NCBI GenBank assembly: GCA_965198945.1
Contig: CBDAQI010000012.1
Span: forward strand, 32,001 to 96,000
Origin: Thermodesulfobacteriota bacterium
GTDB taxonomy: Bacteria > Desulfobacterota_D > UBA1144 > Nemesobacterales > Mycalebacteriaceae
Direction: 5' to 3'
DNA length: 64,000 nt
In this document: one piece after another, positions 22,196 through 31,058 of the stretch
Numbering within the stretch: position 1 is the first letter of the stretch
Layout of the letters: every line of letters begins with the position of its first letter
Made by a program: the position numbers and the translations under genes
Notes under the pieces: model-generated
Database searches by the model: none
What the model saw: only the letters and a program-made list of their open reading frames with translations
What the model was told of the DNA's origin: nothing

Positions 22196-22294
22196 TTTTA
22201 CACTGCGGAAAAATTGAAGTAGAGTGATTCATTATCGCGGATTAGGTTAAACTCCACACGCGGAATTTCAAGAAAGATTTCAAGACACCCGAAA

Positions 22295-23170
22295 ATGAAG
22301 AGCATGACAGGCTTCGGAAGAAGCGAAACAGAAGTTAAGGACGGCAGGCTTATTGTTGAAGCGCGGAGCGAAAACCACAGGTTTTTTGATGCGCGTGTTC
22401 AAGTTCCCGAAACGGTGGCTTTTCTTGAATCCGACATTCTCAAACAACTGAAAAAAGTGATTTTAAGAGGCAAGGTAAAGGTTGCCGTCACATATGAAAC
22501 TGAACGGGAGCTGAGTCGGGCAATAGACCCGCGCGCCGCGCGCGCCGCGCTTTCAAGTCTGAAAAAACTTCAAAACAGCTTGAATCTCAAGGGTGAAATA
22601 ACCTTGGAACACATTTTATCCCTAGGGGATTTAATCAAAGCGCCGCCTGAACGGCACCGTCCCGGCGGCAGAGAGGCGGCGGTGATAAAGAAAGCGTTTG
22701 TGAGCGCGATTGAAAAACTGGATGAGAGCAGAAGCCGTGAGGGAAAACGCCTAAAAAAAGATCTGCTTCTGCGCTCCGGCAAATGCAAACGGACTGTGAA
22801 AGAAATCAAAAATGAGCGCGGAAAGTATGAGAAAGAAATAAAGCGCAAAATCGCCGAGAAAACCAAATCTCTGCTCAAAGATAAAAATATGGACGAGACG
22901 GGAATTTATCAGGAAATGGCCGCCGTCGCGGAGAAGAGCGACACAACTGAAGAGATAGTCAGAATGAATTCTCATCTTTCCCGGTTTTCCGAGTTCCTGT
23001 CCAAAACCGGCCTTTCGGTCGGCAGGGAGTTGGATTTTCTCACTCAGGAAATGAACCGGGAGTCCGGAACCATTTCCGCAAAATCAAAGTCTCCGGCCAT
23101 ATCACATCTGGCGATTGATTTGCGGTCTGAGATAGAGAAAATGCGTGAACAGATCCAAAACGTTGAGTAG
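22295..23170 (+). CDS. yicC: YicC/YloC family endoribonuclease
   Basis: SMTGFG, SENHRF, GRELDFLTQEMNRE, REQIQNVE. Confidence 0.95.
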   Translation: MKSMTGFGRSETEVKDGRLIVEARSENHRFFDARVQVPETVAFLESDILKQLKKVILRGKVKVAVTYETERELSRAIDPRAARAALSSLKKLQNSLNLKGEITLEHILSLGDLIKAPPERHRPGGREAAVIKKAFVSAIEKLDESRSREGKRLKKDLLLRSGKCKRTVKEIKNERGKYEKEIKRKIAEKTKSLLKDKNMDETGIYQEMAAVAEKSDTTEEIVRMNSHLSRFSEFLSKTGLSVGRELDFLTQEMNRESGTISAKSKSPAISHLAIDLRSEIEKMREQIQNVE

Positions 23171-23261
23171 GCGGTTTTGAAACATGGGCAGGTTATGTTA
23201 GCATTGGCGGGGCTTTTCAACAGCTTTTGCTGAATTTCGGATTGTATGGAGCGGCGGAAAT

Positions 23262-24137
23262 ATGAGCGTTCTCGTTAATAAAAACACCAAAGTAATAGTT
23301 CAGGGAATCACCGGAAGCGCCGGGCTTTTTCATGCCATGCAGTGCAGAGAATACGGGACTTCCGTTGTCGGAGGCGTAACTCCCGGAAAAGGCGGGGCCG
23401 AAGTTGAAGGGTTTCCGGTTTTTGGCACTGTTTCACAAGCCGTAAAGGAAACGGGAGCCGACGCTTCGCTGATATTTGTGCCCGCGCCCTTCGCGCTTGA
23501 TTCCATGCTTGAAGCCGCCGAAGCCGGAGTGGGTTTGATAATCTGCATAACCGAGGGAATTCCGACCCGCGATGTGATGATAGTGAAAAATTTTCTCAAA
23601 AATACGGATTCCCGCCTTGTGGGGCCGAACTGCCCGGGAGTCATAACACCGGGAGAGGCAAAAGTCGGCATAATGCCCGGATACATACATAAGCCCGGCA
23701 GGGTCGGAGTAATTTCCCGCAGCGGAACCCTGACATATGAAGCGGTCTGGCAGCTTTCCAACCTGGGCATAGGGCAGTCCACATGCGTGGGTATAGGCGG
23801 AGACCCGATTATAGGAACAACTTTTACCGACGCGCTGGGATTGTTTGAAAATGACCCTGACACCGATGCCATAGTGCTCATCGGTGAGATAGGGGGAAGT
23901 GATGAGGAAGAGGCCGCTGACTACATAAAAGACAAGGTAACCAAACCCGTAGCCGCTTTTGTCGCCGGGGCGACCGCGCCTCCGGGTAAAAGGATGGGCC
24001 ATGCGGGCGCCATTATTTCATCAAGTTCTGGCGCCGCGGAGGACAAATTCCGCGCCCTTGAACTCGCCGGAGCCGCCATTTGCAGAAGCCCGGCAGAAAT
24101 GGGCGAGACTCTGAAGCTGAAAATGGAGAACGGTTAG
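23262..24137 (+). CDS. sucD: Succinate--CoA ligase alpha subunit
   Basis: [28 protein letters not shown]. Confidence 0.97.
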   Translation: MSVLVNKNTKVIVQGITGSAGLFHAMQCREYGTSVVGGVTPGKGGAEVEGFPVFGTVSQAVKETGADASLIFVPAPFALDSMLEAAEAGVGLIICITEGIPTRDVMIVKNFLKNTDSRLVGPNCPGVITPGEAKVGIMPGYIHKPGRVGVISRSGTLTYEAVWQLSNLGIGQSTCVGIGGDPIIGTTFTDALGLFENDPDTDAIVLIGEIGGSDEEEAADYIKDKVTKPVAAFVAGATAPPGKRMGHAGAIISSSSGAAEDKFRALELAGAAICRSPAEMGETLKLKMENG

Positions 24138-24167
24138 TTTTCCGTTTTTGGGAAAAGAAAAGAGTTT

Positions 24168-25892
24168 TTGAAAAGAACAACAAGCATACCCTCTCTTCTC
24201 AAGAGGCATAAACCGCAGCTTATTGCCGGGTTTCTCACTCTTTCAGCGGTTGATTTGATTCAGATGGCTATTCCGCTTGTTATCAGGCGGGCGACTGATG
24301 CGTTTACCTCAGGGGCGCCTGATGCGGCGGACATTGTAAGGGTTTGTGCTTTTTATATTTTTGGCATGGGGCTTGTAATGGCGGTTTTCCGTCTGGGATG
24401 GCGCTATTTCATAATGGGGTCGGCGCGCAAAATAGAACAAAGCCTCAGAAACGAATTTTTCTCACACATCCAGAGACTTGACATGACACATTTGTCTTCG
24501 CGAAAAGTGGGGGATTTGATGGCTCACACCGTTAATGACATAGAAACCCTCAAATTTGCCTGCGGTCTCGGTGTGCTTGTCGCATATGACGGTCTGTTTC
24601 TGCTGGTCTTCATAATGGCGGCGATGTTTCTCATATCTCCTCCGGTTGCGGCGGTGCTGTGCGTGCCGTTTTTTCTCATGATGGTTTTTGTTATAAAAGG
24701 CGGCAGGGAGATAGAGAAACGTTTCAGAAAAACCCAGGAGTCTTTTTCATCTCTCACCGAGAGCGCAAGGAGGCCCGTTCACGGCATCAAGGCCGTAAAG
24801 TCTCTGTGTGCGGAGGATTCGGAGACCGGAAATTTCCTCCGGTCAAGTATGCACTATGCTCAAAGCAACATAAACTTTGCCAGACTGTGGGCCGTGTATC
24901 AGCCCGCAATATCGCTGTGCGTCGGAATTGCCGGAGTGTCGTTTCTTTTTCTGGGCGGCGAGCGCACTATGACCGGCTCAATGACGCTTGGGGATTTTAC
25001 CGCGCTGCTTGTTTATCTGTCAATGCTGACATGGCCGATGATGGCAATGGGATGGGCTCAGGACATTCTGCGGAGAGGAAACTCTTCAATCGGCAGGCTC
25101 AACTCCATATTCAAACTTGAGCCGGAGGCGGAAGTGACCGGGGAAGAGAATTTTCCGCGAATGAGAGGAGAAAACCTTGAGGTTTGTGGAATTGTCCATT
25201 CTCTCGGCGGCGCGAAAATTCTAAACGGCTGTTCTTTGAAAGCCGCGGCGGGCGAAACCGTCTGCATAGTCGGAAGAATGGGCTCCGGCAAATCCACGCT
25301 TGCGGCAATAATCGGCGGAGACATTGAGCCCGATGCCGGAGATGTGCTGATTGGCGGCGGAGACACGAGGCAAATGAGCCGTAAGCAGTTGAAAAAACAG
25401 GTTGTCTGCGTTGACCGCAAAGCTTTTATCTTCAGCGGAACGGTTCGTGAAAACATAAACTTTATGAGCACCCGCCGAGAACCGCAAACCCTGAAAGCGG
25501 CGGAAATATGCGGAATAAAAGAAGAAATTGAAAGTTTTGAGATGGGGATGGATTCAGTTCTCGGAGAGAGAGGAATCAATCTTTCCGAAGGTCAGAAACA
25601 GAGAATATCAATCTCCCGTTCAATCGTATTTGAACCGGCGGTTTTAATCCTTGATGACTCGCTTTCGTCGGTTGATCTTTCCACCGAGGCAAAAGTTATG
25701 AAAAATCTGCGGCTCTGGGCGAAAGAAACGCAAACCGTCCTGATAATTATTTCCAGCCGCACAAACTCCTCCCGCCTTGCCGACCGCATTATGGTTCTGG
25801 AAGGCGGAAGAGTGCTTGAACGGGGAACACACGAAGAACTTATTTTGAAAAACGGCATATACGCCGCCATGTACAGGATACAGGCCGGATGA
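24168..25892 (+). CDS. Heterodimeric ABC exporter subunit 1 (MdlA/YheI-like) with degenerate NBD
   Basis: Transmembrane domain plus GRMGSGKS, LSEGQKQR, LILDDS; H-switch position reads ISSR. Confidence 0.9.
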   Translation: MKRTTSIPSLLKRHKPQLIAGFLTLSAVDLIQMAIPLVIRRATDAFTSGAPDAADIVRVCAFYIFGMGLVMAVFRLGWRYFIMGSARKIEQSLRNEFFSHIQRLDMTHLSSRKVGDLMAHTVNDIETLKFACGLGVLVAYDGLFLLVFIMAAMFLISPPVAAVLCVPFFLMMVFVIKGGREIEKRFRKTQESFSSLTESARRPVHGIKAVKSLCAEDSETGNFLRSSMHYAQSNINFARLWAVYQPAISLCVGIAGVSFLFLGGERTMTGSMTLGDFTALLVYLSMLTWPMMAMGWAQDILRRGNSSIGRLNSIFKLEPEAEVTGEENFPRMRGENLEVCGIVHSLGGAKILNGCSLKAAAGETVCIVGRMGSGKSTLAAIIGGDIEPDAGDVLIGGGDTRQMSRKQLKKQVVCVDRKAFIFSGTVRENINFMSTRREPQTLKAAEICGIKEEIESFEMGMDSVLGERGINLSEGQKQRISISRSIVFEPAVLILDDSLSSVDLSTEAKVMKNLRLWAKETQTVLIIISSRTNSSRLADRIMVLEGGRVLERGTHEELILKNGIYAAMYRIQAG

Positions 25893-27757
25893 GCGGGGAA
25901 AAGAGCGAAAAAACAATCTTCGGCGCCATGTATGACAGAAGGATGCTGTCATGGCTGTTCGGTTTTATCAAACGGTGGAAATGGTTTCTGGCTGCTTCTT
26001 TTTTTCTTATGACATTCGCGGCGGCTCTGGAAGTTGCGGTGCCCTACATAACCAGACAGGCCGTTGACAATTACATATCCCTGCCTCGGGTTAAAAATCC
26101 GGACGGTGAAATTGTTGATGCGTCATCACGCGGAAAAAACGGCGTTTCGTCCGAAAAATACCTTGTGGTTGACATAACTGACCCGCTTTCCGAGTCTTCA
26201 AAAATTGCGGCGCGCCATCCCGAACTTTTTGTCCGGAAGGACGGGGCGGCGCACATAAGTGGAGAAGATTTGCGCTCTTTGCCAAAACGGGAGATCAAAA
26301 CGCTCAGGGCCCGTGATTCCGACGGCATATTGCGTCTGACGGCTTTGATGGCACTTTGCGTTCTGGGAATTTTTGCCTCTTCCTCACTCTCAAACTACCT
26401 GCTCAAGGTTTCCGGAGAGAGAATTATTCACGACATCAGGGACGGAACTTTCAGGCATATCATGTCTCTGCCGCAGAAATTTTTTGACGAAAATCCAACC
26501 GGCAGAATCACAACAAGGGTTACAAACGATTTGAACTCCGTAAGCGAGATGTATTCGTCTGTGATTGTTCAAACCATTAAAGATCTGCTGGTGTTTGCGG
26601 GCGTTACGGTTGTGATGTTCCGGCTCAACTCCGAACTCGCTCTCATAATGCTCTGCATAGTGGGAGCCGCCGGTTTTGCCGCACATCTTTTCCGCAAAAA
26701 ACTCAGATTTTCTCACCGCAGAATAAGACGCTCAATAGCGAGGCTTAATTCATTTGTGCAGGAAAGTGTCAGAGGAATGCGAATTATAAAAGACTACGGA
26801 AGAGAGCAGTCCAATCTGCGCAGATTTAAGAAACCGAACAGTGAAAATTTTCTCGCCAATATGGAGCAGCTATGGGTTTATGTGATTTTCCGTCCCTTTA
26901 TTGAGTATGCCGCAATTGCGGCCATAGGAATTATCATCTGGTATGGAGGCGTGGGAGTTATAGAAGGCGATTTCACCGCCGGAACACTGATTGCCTTTCT
27001 CTATTACACGAGGATGATGTTCAGACCCGTGCTTGAGATTTCGGAGAAATACAACGTTCTTCAGTCTGCCATGGCGGCGACCGAAAATATTTATGACATA
27101 AACAGGATTGACCCCGAAAGATTAGGCGGCGCCGGGTTTTCCGAAGAAGAAGGAGACCTTGAGTTTCAAAATGTCTGGTTTTCCTACGGGGATGACAAAT
27201 GGGCGCTCAGGGATGTTTCTTTCAAAGTGCCTCCCGGTCAGTGGGTGGCGATAGTCGGCCTCACGGGTTCGGGCAAATCCACCATATTCAACCTGATGTT
27301 CCGTCTTTATGAGCCGCAGAGGGGAAAGATAATTTTTAACGGCTCCGACATAGCGGAAACGGAACTGAAGCGGCTCAGAAAATGCATTGTCCCGGTTTTT
27401 CAGGAAAGAAAAGATTATGAAAAAAAAGACGATTGCGCGGTTAGTTTGTCTTCGGGTGAGGAACAGGTCAGAAACATTGAAGAGGTTTTGTCGGGCAGTC
27501 CCTCGGTGGTTATCATGGATGAGGCGACTTCCAACATGGACGCGGAAACGGAAGTGGAAACCATCAAAAAAGTCAGAGAATTGTCGCGCCGCAAAGGCTT
27601 CAGTCTCGTAACCATAGCCCACCGGCTCTCAAGCATCAGGGAAGCGGACAAAATCATGGTTGTTCACGAGGGCGGAATAGTTGAGTCCGGCACTCATGCG
27701 GAACTCATGGCGCTCGGAGGCATTTATCACTCACTGGATAAATTTGCGGGCGGCTGA
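25889..27757 (+). CDS. Heterodimeric ABC exporter subunit 2 (MdlB/YheH-like)
   Basis: GRITTRVTND, GLTGSGKS, IMDEATS, IAHRLS; ATGA overlap with subunit 1. Confidence 0.9.
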   Translation: MSGEKSEKTIFGAMYDRRMLSWLFGFIKRWKWFLAASFFLMTFAAALEVAVPYITRQAVDNYISLPRVKNPDGEIVDASSRGKNGVSSEKYLVVDITDPLSESSKIAARHPELFVRKDGAAHISGEDLRSLPKREIKTLRARDSDGILRLTALMALCVLGIFASSSLSNYLLKVSGERIIHDIRDGTFRHIMSLPQKFFDENPTGRITTRVTNDLNSVSEMYSSVIVQTIKDLLVFAGVTVVMFRLNSELALIMLCIVGAAGFAAHLFRKKLRFSHRRIRRSIARLNSFVQESVRGMRIIKDYGREQSNLRRFKKPNSENFLANMEQLWVYVIFRPFIEYAAIAAIGIIIWYGGVGVIEGDFTAGTLIAFLYYTRMMFRPVLEISEKYNVLQSAMAATENIYDINRIDPERLGGAGFSEEEGDLEFQNVWFSYGDDKWALRDVSFKVPPGQWVAIVGLTGSGKSTIFNLMFRLYEPQRGKIIFNGSDIAETELKRLRKCIVPVFQERKDYEKKDDCAVSLSSGEEQVRNIEEVLSGSPSVVIMDEATSNMDAETEVETIKKVRELSRRKGFSLVTIAHRLSSIREADKIMVVHEGGIVESGTHAELMALGGIYHSLDKFAGG

Positions 27758-27768
27758 GAGTTATATTA

Positions 27769-28545
27769 CTAAAAGACTTCAAACAGTTTGAGTCCCGAAA
27801 GCGCCACCGCGACCACAAGAAACCAGCGCACGGCTGACATGCCTTTTTTTACGGAAATTTTTGCTCCCCACCATCCGCCCAGAGCCGCACCCGCCGCGAG
27901 GTTGAGTCCTTTGAAAATGTCAACATTGCCGAAAAAGAAAAATATGCACAAAGCGGGAACCGTATAGATTGTGACGATGAAAATTTTGCGGGCATTGACC
28001 GAAGCGATGTTTCCGCCGACCAGATGAAAAAGAAGAGCCATAATTACCAGACCGATTCCGACCTGTATAAAACCGCCGTAAAAGCCCGCCGCCAGCATCC
28101 CCGGATAGATAAGCCATCGGTTTTTCCCTTGTTTTTCTCCTTCGTTCCCGGTTTTCAACGAAGGAAGAAACATTGAGATTGCCACCGAAATTGTGGCCAC
28201 CGCGGCTATCTTTTTGAAAAGCCCGTCATCAATTGTCACCGCAACAAAAACACCGCATACCATTCCGGGCAAAGTAAAAAGCGAGTATTTAAGCGACTGC
28301 CGGAGTTCCAACACACGCTCTTTTGAAAAGGATGCGCAAGCGGAGATGTTCTGAATCATTATGGAAAGGCGGTTTGTTCCGTTTGCTTCAGCTCCCTCCA
28401 GTCCGAGAAAAATAAGAGCCGGAAGCGACAGCGCAGAGCCGCCGCCACTGGTAACATTTATAACTCCCACCACTATTCCCACAAGAAAAAGAAGAAGCGG
28501 ATGAAATATCAATCCTGAAATGGCTGGAAATAAAGTTTCCGGCAT
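27769..28545 (-). CDS. TauE/SafE (TSUP) family membrane transporter
   Basis: GVINVTSGGG, ANGTN, GFYGGFIQVGIG; about 8 TM segments. Confidence 0.88.
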   Translation of the reverse strand: MPETLFPAISGLIFHPLLLFLVGIVVGVINVTSGGGSALSLPALIFLGLEGAEANGTNRLSIMIQNISACASFSKERVLELRQSLKYSLFTLPGMVCGVFVAVTIDDGLFKKIAAVATISVAISMFLPSLKTGNEGEKQGKNRWLIYPGMLAAGFYGGFIQVGIGLVIMALLFHLVGGNIASVNARKIFIVTIYTVPALCIFFFFGNVDIFKGLNLAAGAALGGWWGAKISVKKGMSAVRWFLVVAVALSGLKLFEVF

Positions 28546-29321
28546 TATTCAGCCTTGAGATGCTCCACTCCCTGAGCTCCTGAAACCAGGATGTCGGTCG
28601 TGGTTGTGAGAAAAAGACCGTGCTCAACAATTCCCGACCTCCACACCAGAGATTCGGCGATGATTTTCAAGTCGTAGATGGGCCCGAAATCACAGTCCAG
28701 TATGTAGTTTTTCTCATCCGTTTTGAAGATTCCGCCGTTTTCATCTTTTCTGAGTTCCATTGAGGCGGCGCCCAGAGAGGAGATAAACCTCCGCGCCGGT
28801 TTTACCGCAAAAGGTATTACTTCAACTGGAAGACGGCAGCGTGTTCCCAGTTTTTCCGACAATTTGCTTTGGTCAACAACTATTATGTTTCTTGAACTTT
28901 CCTGCGCCACAACTTTTTCGCGCAGCATCGCCCCCCCCCCCCCTTTTATGACATTGAGTTTGCGGTCAACCTCGTCCGCCCCGTCTATTGTTATGTCTAT
29001 GGCCTTGTCCCGGGTGAACTCGCTGTCTATTTTAAGGCCGAGAGATTTTGCGTATTTTTCAGTCTTAATTGAGCTCGGCACACAGGCTATGTTTTCAATC
29101 AGCTCCGCGCGGAACTTTTCGGCAAGATATTCAATCGCAAAGGTGGCGGCTTTGCCCGTGCCCAAACCCACCACCATGTCCGAGCAGACAAAATCAACGG
29201 CCATTGAAGCCGATCTTTTTATTGCCTCGTCCGGAACCTCCCGCCTCGGAGGTTTGCCTTTGTAAATACCCATCGGAAAACTACGTGCTTGAAATATACT
29301 GAAGACGCAAAGCGTGCTCAA
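28545..29321 (-). CDS. rpiA: Ribose-5-phosphate isomerase A; start may be ATG at 29273
   Basis: GLGTG, IDGADEVD, KGGGGA, REKVVA, EHGLF. Confidence 0.96.
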   Translation of the reverse strand: MSTLCVFSIFQARSFPMGIYKGKPPRREVPDEAIKRSASMAVDFVCSDMVVGLGTGKAATFAIEYLAEKFRAELIENIACVPSSIKTEKYAKSLGLKIDSEFTRDKAIDITIDGADEVDRKLNVIKGGGGAMLREKVVAQESSRNIIVVDQSKLSEKLGTRCRLPVEVIPFAVKPARRFISSLGAASMELRKDENGGIFKTDEKNYILDCDFGPIYDLKIIAESLVWRSGIVEHGLFLTTTTDILVSGAQGVEHLKAE

Positions 29322-29339
29322 TGATTTTAATCAGATACT

Positions 29340-31058
29340 TCACCGGAGACCGAGCAGTTTTGCAACTTCAGAAATTCCGTTTTCAACTTCGGATACGAAT
29401 TTTATCTGAACAACTTTTCTTCCGCGGCTTTCAAGAGCTTCTCTGTCACCGAGCATCTGGGCTTCTTTGAGAGCTTCAAACGGCGCTCCCCCGCTTTCGG
29501 GCGTATCCGGCGGAACCCGAATGCCGCTCCGGCATTTGCCGCTCATCTGTATGAAAAAACCGTTTCCCCGGTCTCCCTTGTGTATTTGCCCGGAAGAGTG
29601 GAGGTAACAGGGGCCCCAATCGGCGGTAACCGTAACGCCAAATGCTTTTGAAAGAGAATAGCGAAAAGACTCAAGGGCTTCACTCATTTTTTTGTCAGAG
29701 CTGTTCAGAAACGCCTGAATTGAAAAATAACCTTCTTTTTTTCTTTCTCCGGCGTTTTTCTCAAAATACGAGCGGAGCTCACCGGCGTTGCGCAGCGAGT
29801 CCGAAGTTCTGAATTCAATGTCTCCGTGTTTGAAGTCCGGTTTGGAAAAAGGCAGCCCCCCTTTTTCACGGCGGATTTTCATAAAACGGCGCGTCTGAGA
29901 TTTGGCGCTCTCCACATCGGGTTGGTCAAAAGGGTTGACTTCCCAAAGCGCTCCCAGAACCGCAACTGCCATTTCCCACCTGAAAATTTCTCCCCCGAGC
30001 GCATTTGTGTCTTCAAGAAGCGTCATCACAACCGGTGTTCCCCCGGCGGCCGTTTTCCGTGCGTGCGAGATGAGTTCCGTATCATTCTTCAGGCAGACAA
30101 AAAAAGTGCCGGGCGATTTTTCATCTCCGGAAAACGGATGCGCGACCGGCAGAACAGATCTCCCTTCTTTGCCGAGACTTTCTCCGACTATCTGCTCAAT
30201 AAATCTGTCAAAACCCTCTATGGCTTTTGAACAGCGCAGATGAAAAGCGCCGCCGCCCTTTTTGCAGAAAAAGTCAACTGCCGCGGCGAGTCGCAGAGCC
30301 GTGTTAGGATTTGCTCCTGATGCATTGCCGCTTCCCAGTTTGCCGGCCATTGCCGCGGCGGAAGAGAGAATTTTCTCCGCGTTTGCCCCTATTGCCGAGC
30401 CCGGAATCATTCCGAACAGGGAAAGGGGTGAAAACCGTCCGCCGACTGTTTCATCTCCGGCAAACACTGTGAATCCCCGCTTTTCAGAGATTTCACAAAG
30501 CGGTGTGCCCGGGTCTGTTATTGCGGCAAATTGTTCCGCCGTTTTCCGGTCTCCGATTTTGTCGCGGCACTTCTCAAAAAAAAAGTCCGCCACGGAAACC
30601 GTCTCAATGGTTCCGCCGGATTTTGATGAGACAATAAAAAATGTTTTTGTGAAATCAATTTTCCCGCAAACTTCCGCGATTGTATCGGGAACCGTTGTGT
30701 CCAGAACCGTGAGACGCGCAGAGCCCGGGGGTGAAAAAGCTTTCCCGAAAACTTTTGACATAAGCGCGGAGCCGCCCATTGCGATGAGAACAATATCCCG
30801 GATTCCCGCCGCGCGCAGACGTTCGGCAAATTTATTGATTTCCGGCAGAGACCGGGCCGTGTTTTCCGGCAGAGAAAGCCACCCGAGCCTGTTGCCGATC
30901 AGTTCACAATTGCCTTTCCACAGAGAACGGTCCCGCTTCCATATTCGTTCCATGATGCGGCTGAGTTCCGCATTTTCCAGTGAATTTTCAAACTCTCGGG
31001 CGCCGGCGCCGAGAAGTTCAATCCAGCCATTTTCAAGAGAATCGCTTTCGTCCGTCAT
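29340..31058 (-). CDS. pgi: Glucose-6-phosphate isomerase of the type found in Tal-Pgi fusions, here stand-alone
   Basis: RLGWL, MGGS, SKSGGTIET, VGGRFS, NPFDQPDVESAK, LHSSGQIHKG. Confidence 0.82.
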   Translation of the reverse strand: MTDESDSLENGWIELLGAGAREFENSLENAELSRIMERIWKRDRSLWKGNCELIGNRLGWLSLPENTARSLPEINKFAERLRAAGIRDIVLIAMGGSALMSKVFGKAFSPPGSARLTVLDTTVPDTIAEVCGKIDFTKTFFIVSSKSGGTIETVSVADFFFEKCRDKIGDRKTAEQFAAITDPGTPLCEISEKRGFTVFAGDETVGGRFSPLSLFGMIPGSAIGANAEKILSSAAAMAGKLGSGNASGANPNTALRLAAAVDFFCKKGGGAFHLRCSKAIEGFDRFIEQIVGESLGKEGRSVLPVAHPFSGDEKSPGTFFVCLKNDTELISHARKTAAGGTPVVMTLLEDTNALGGEIFRWEMAVAVLGALWEVNPFDQPDVESAKSQTRRFMKIRREKGGLPFSKPDFKHGDIEFRTSDSLRNAGELRSYFEKNAGERKKEGYFSIQAFLNSSDKKMSEALESFRYSLSKAFGVTVTADWGPCYLHSSGQIHKGDRGNGFFIQMSGKCRSGIRVPPDTPESGGAPFEALKEAQMLGDREALESRGRKVVQIKFVSEVENGISEVAKLLGLR

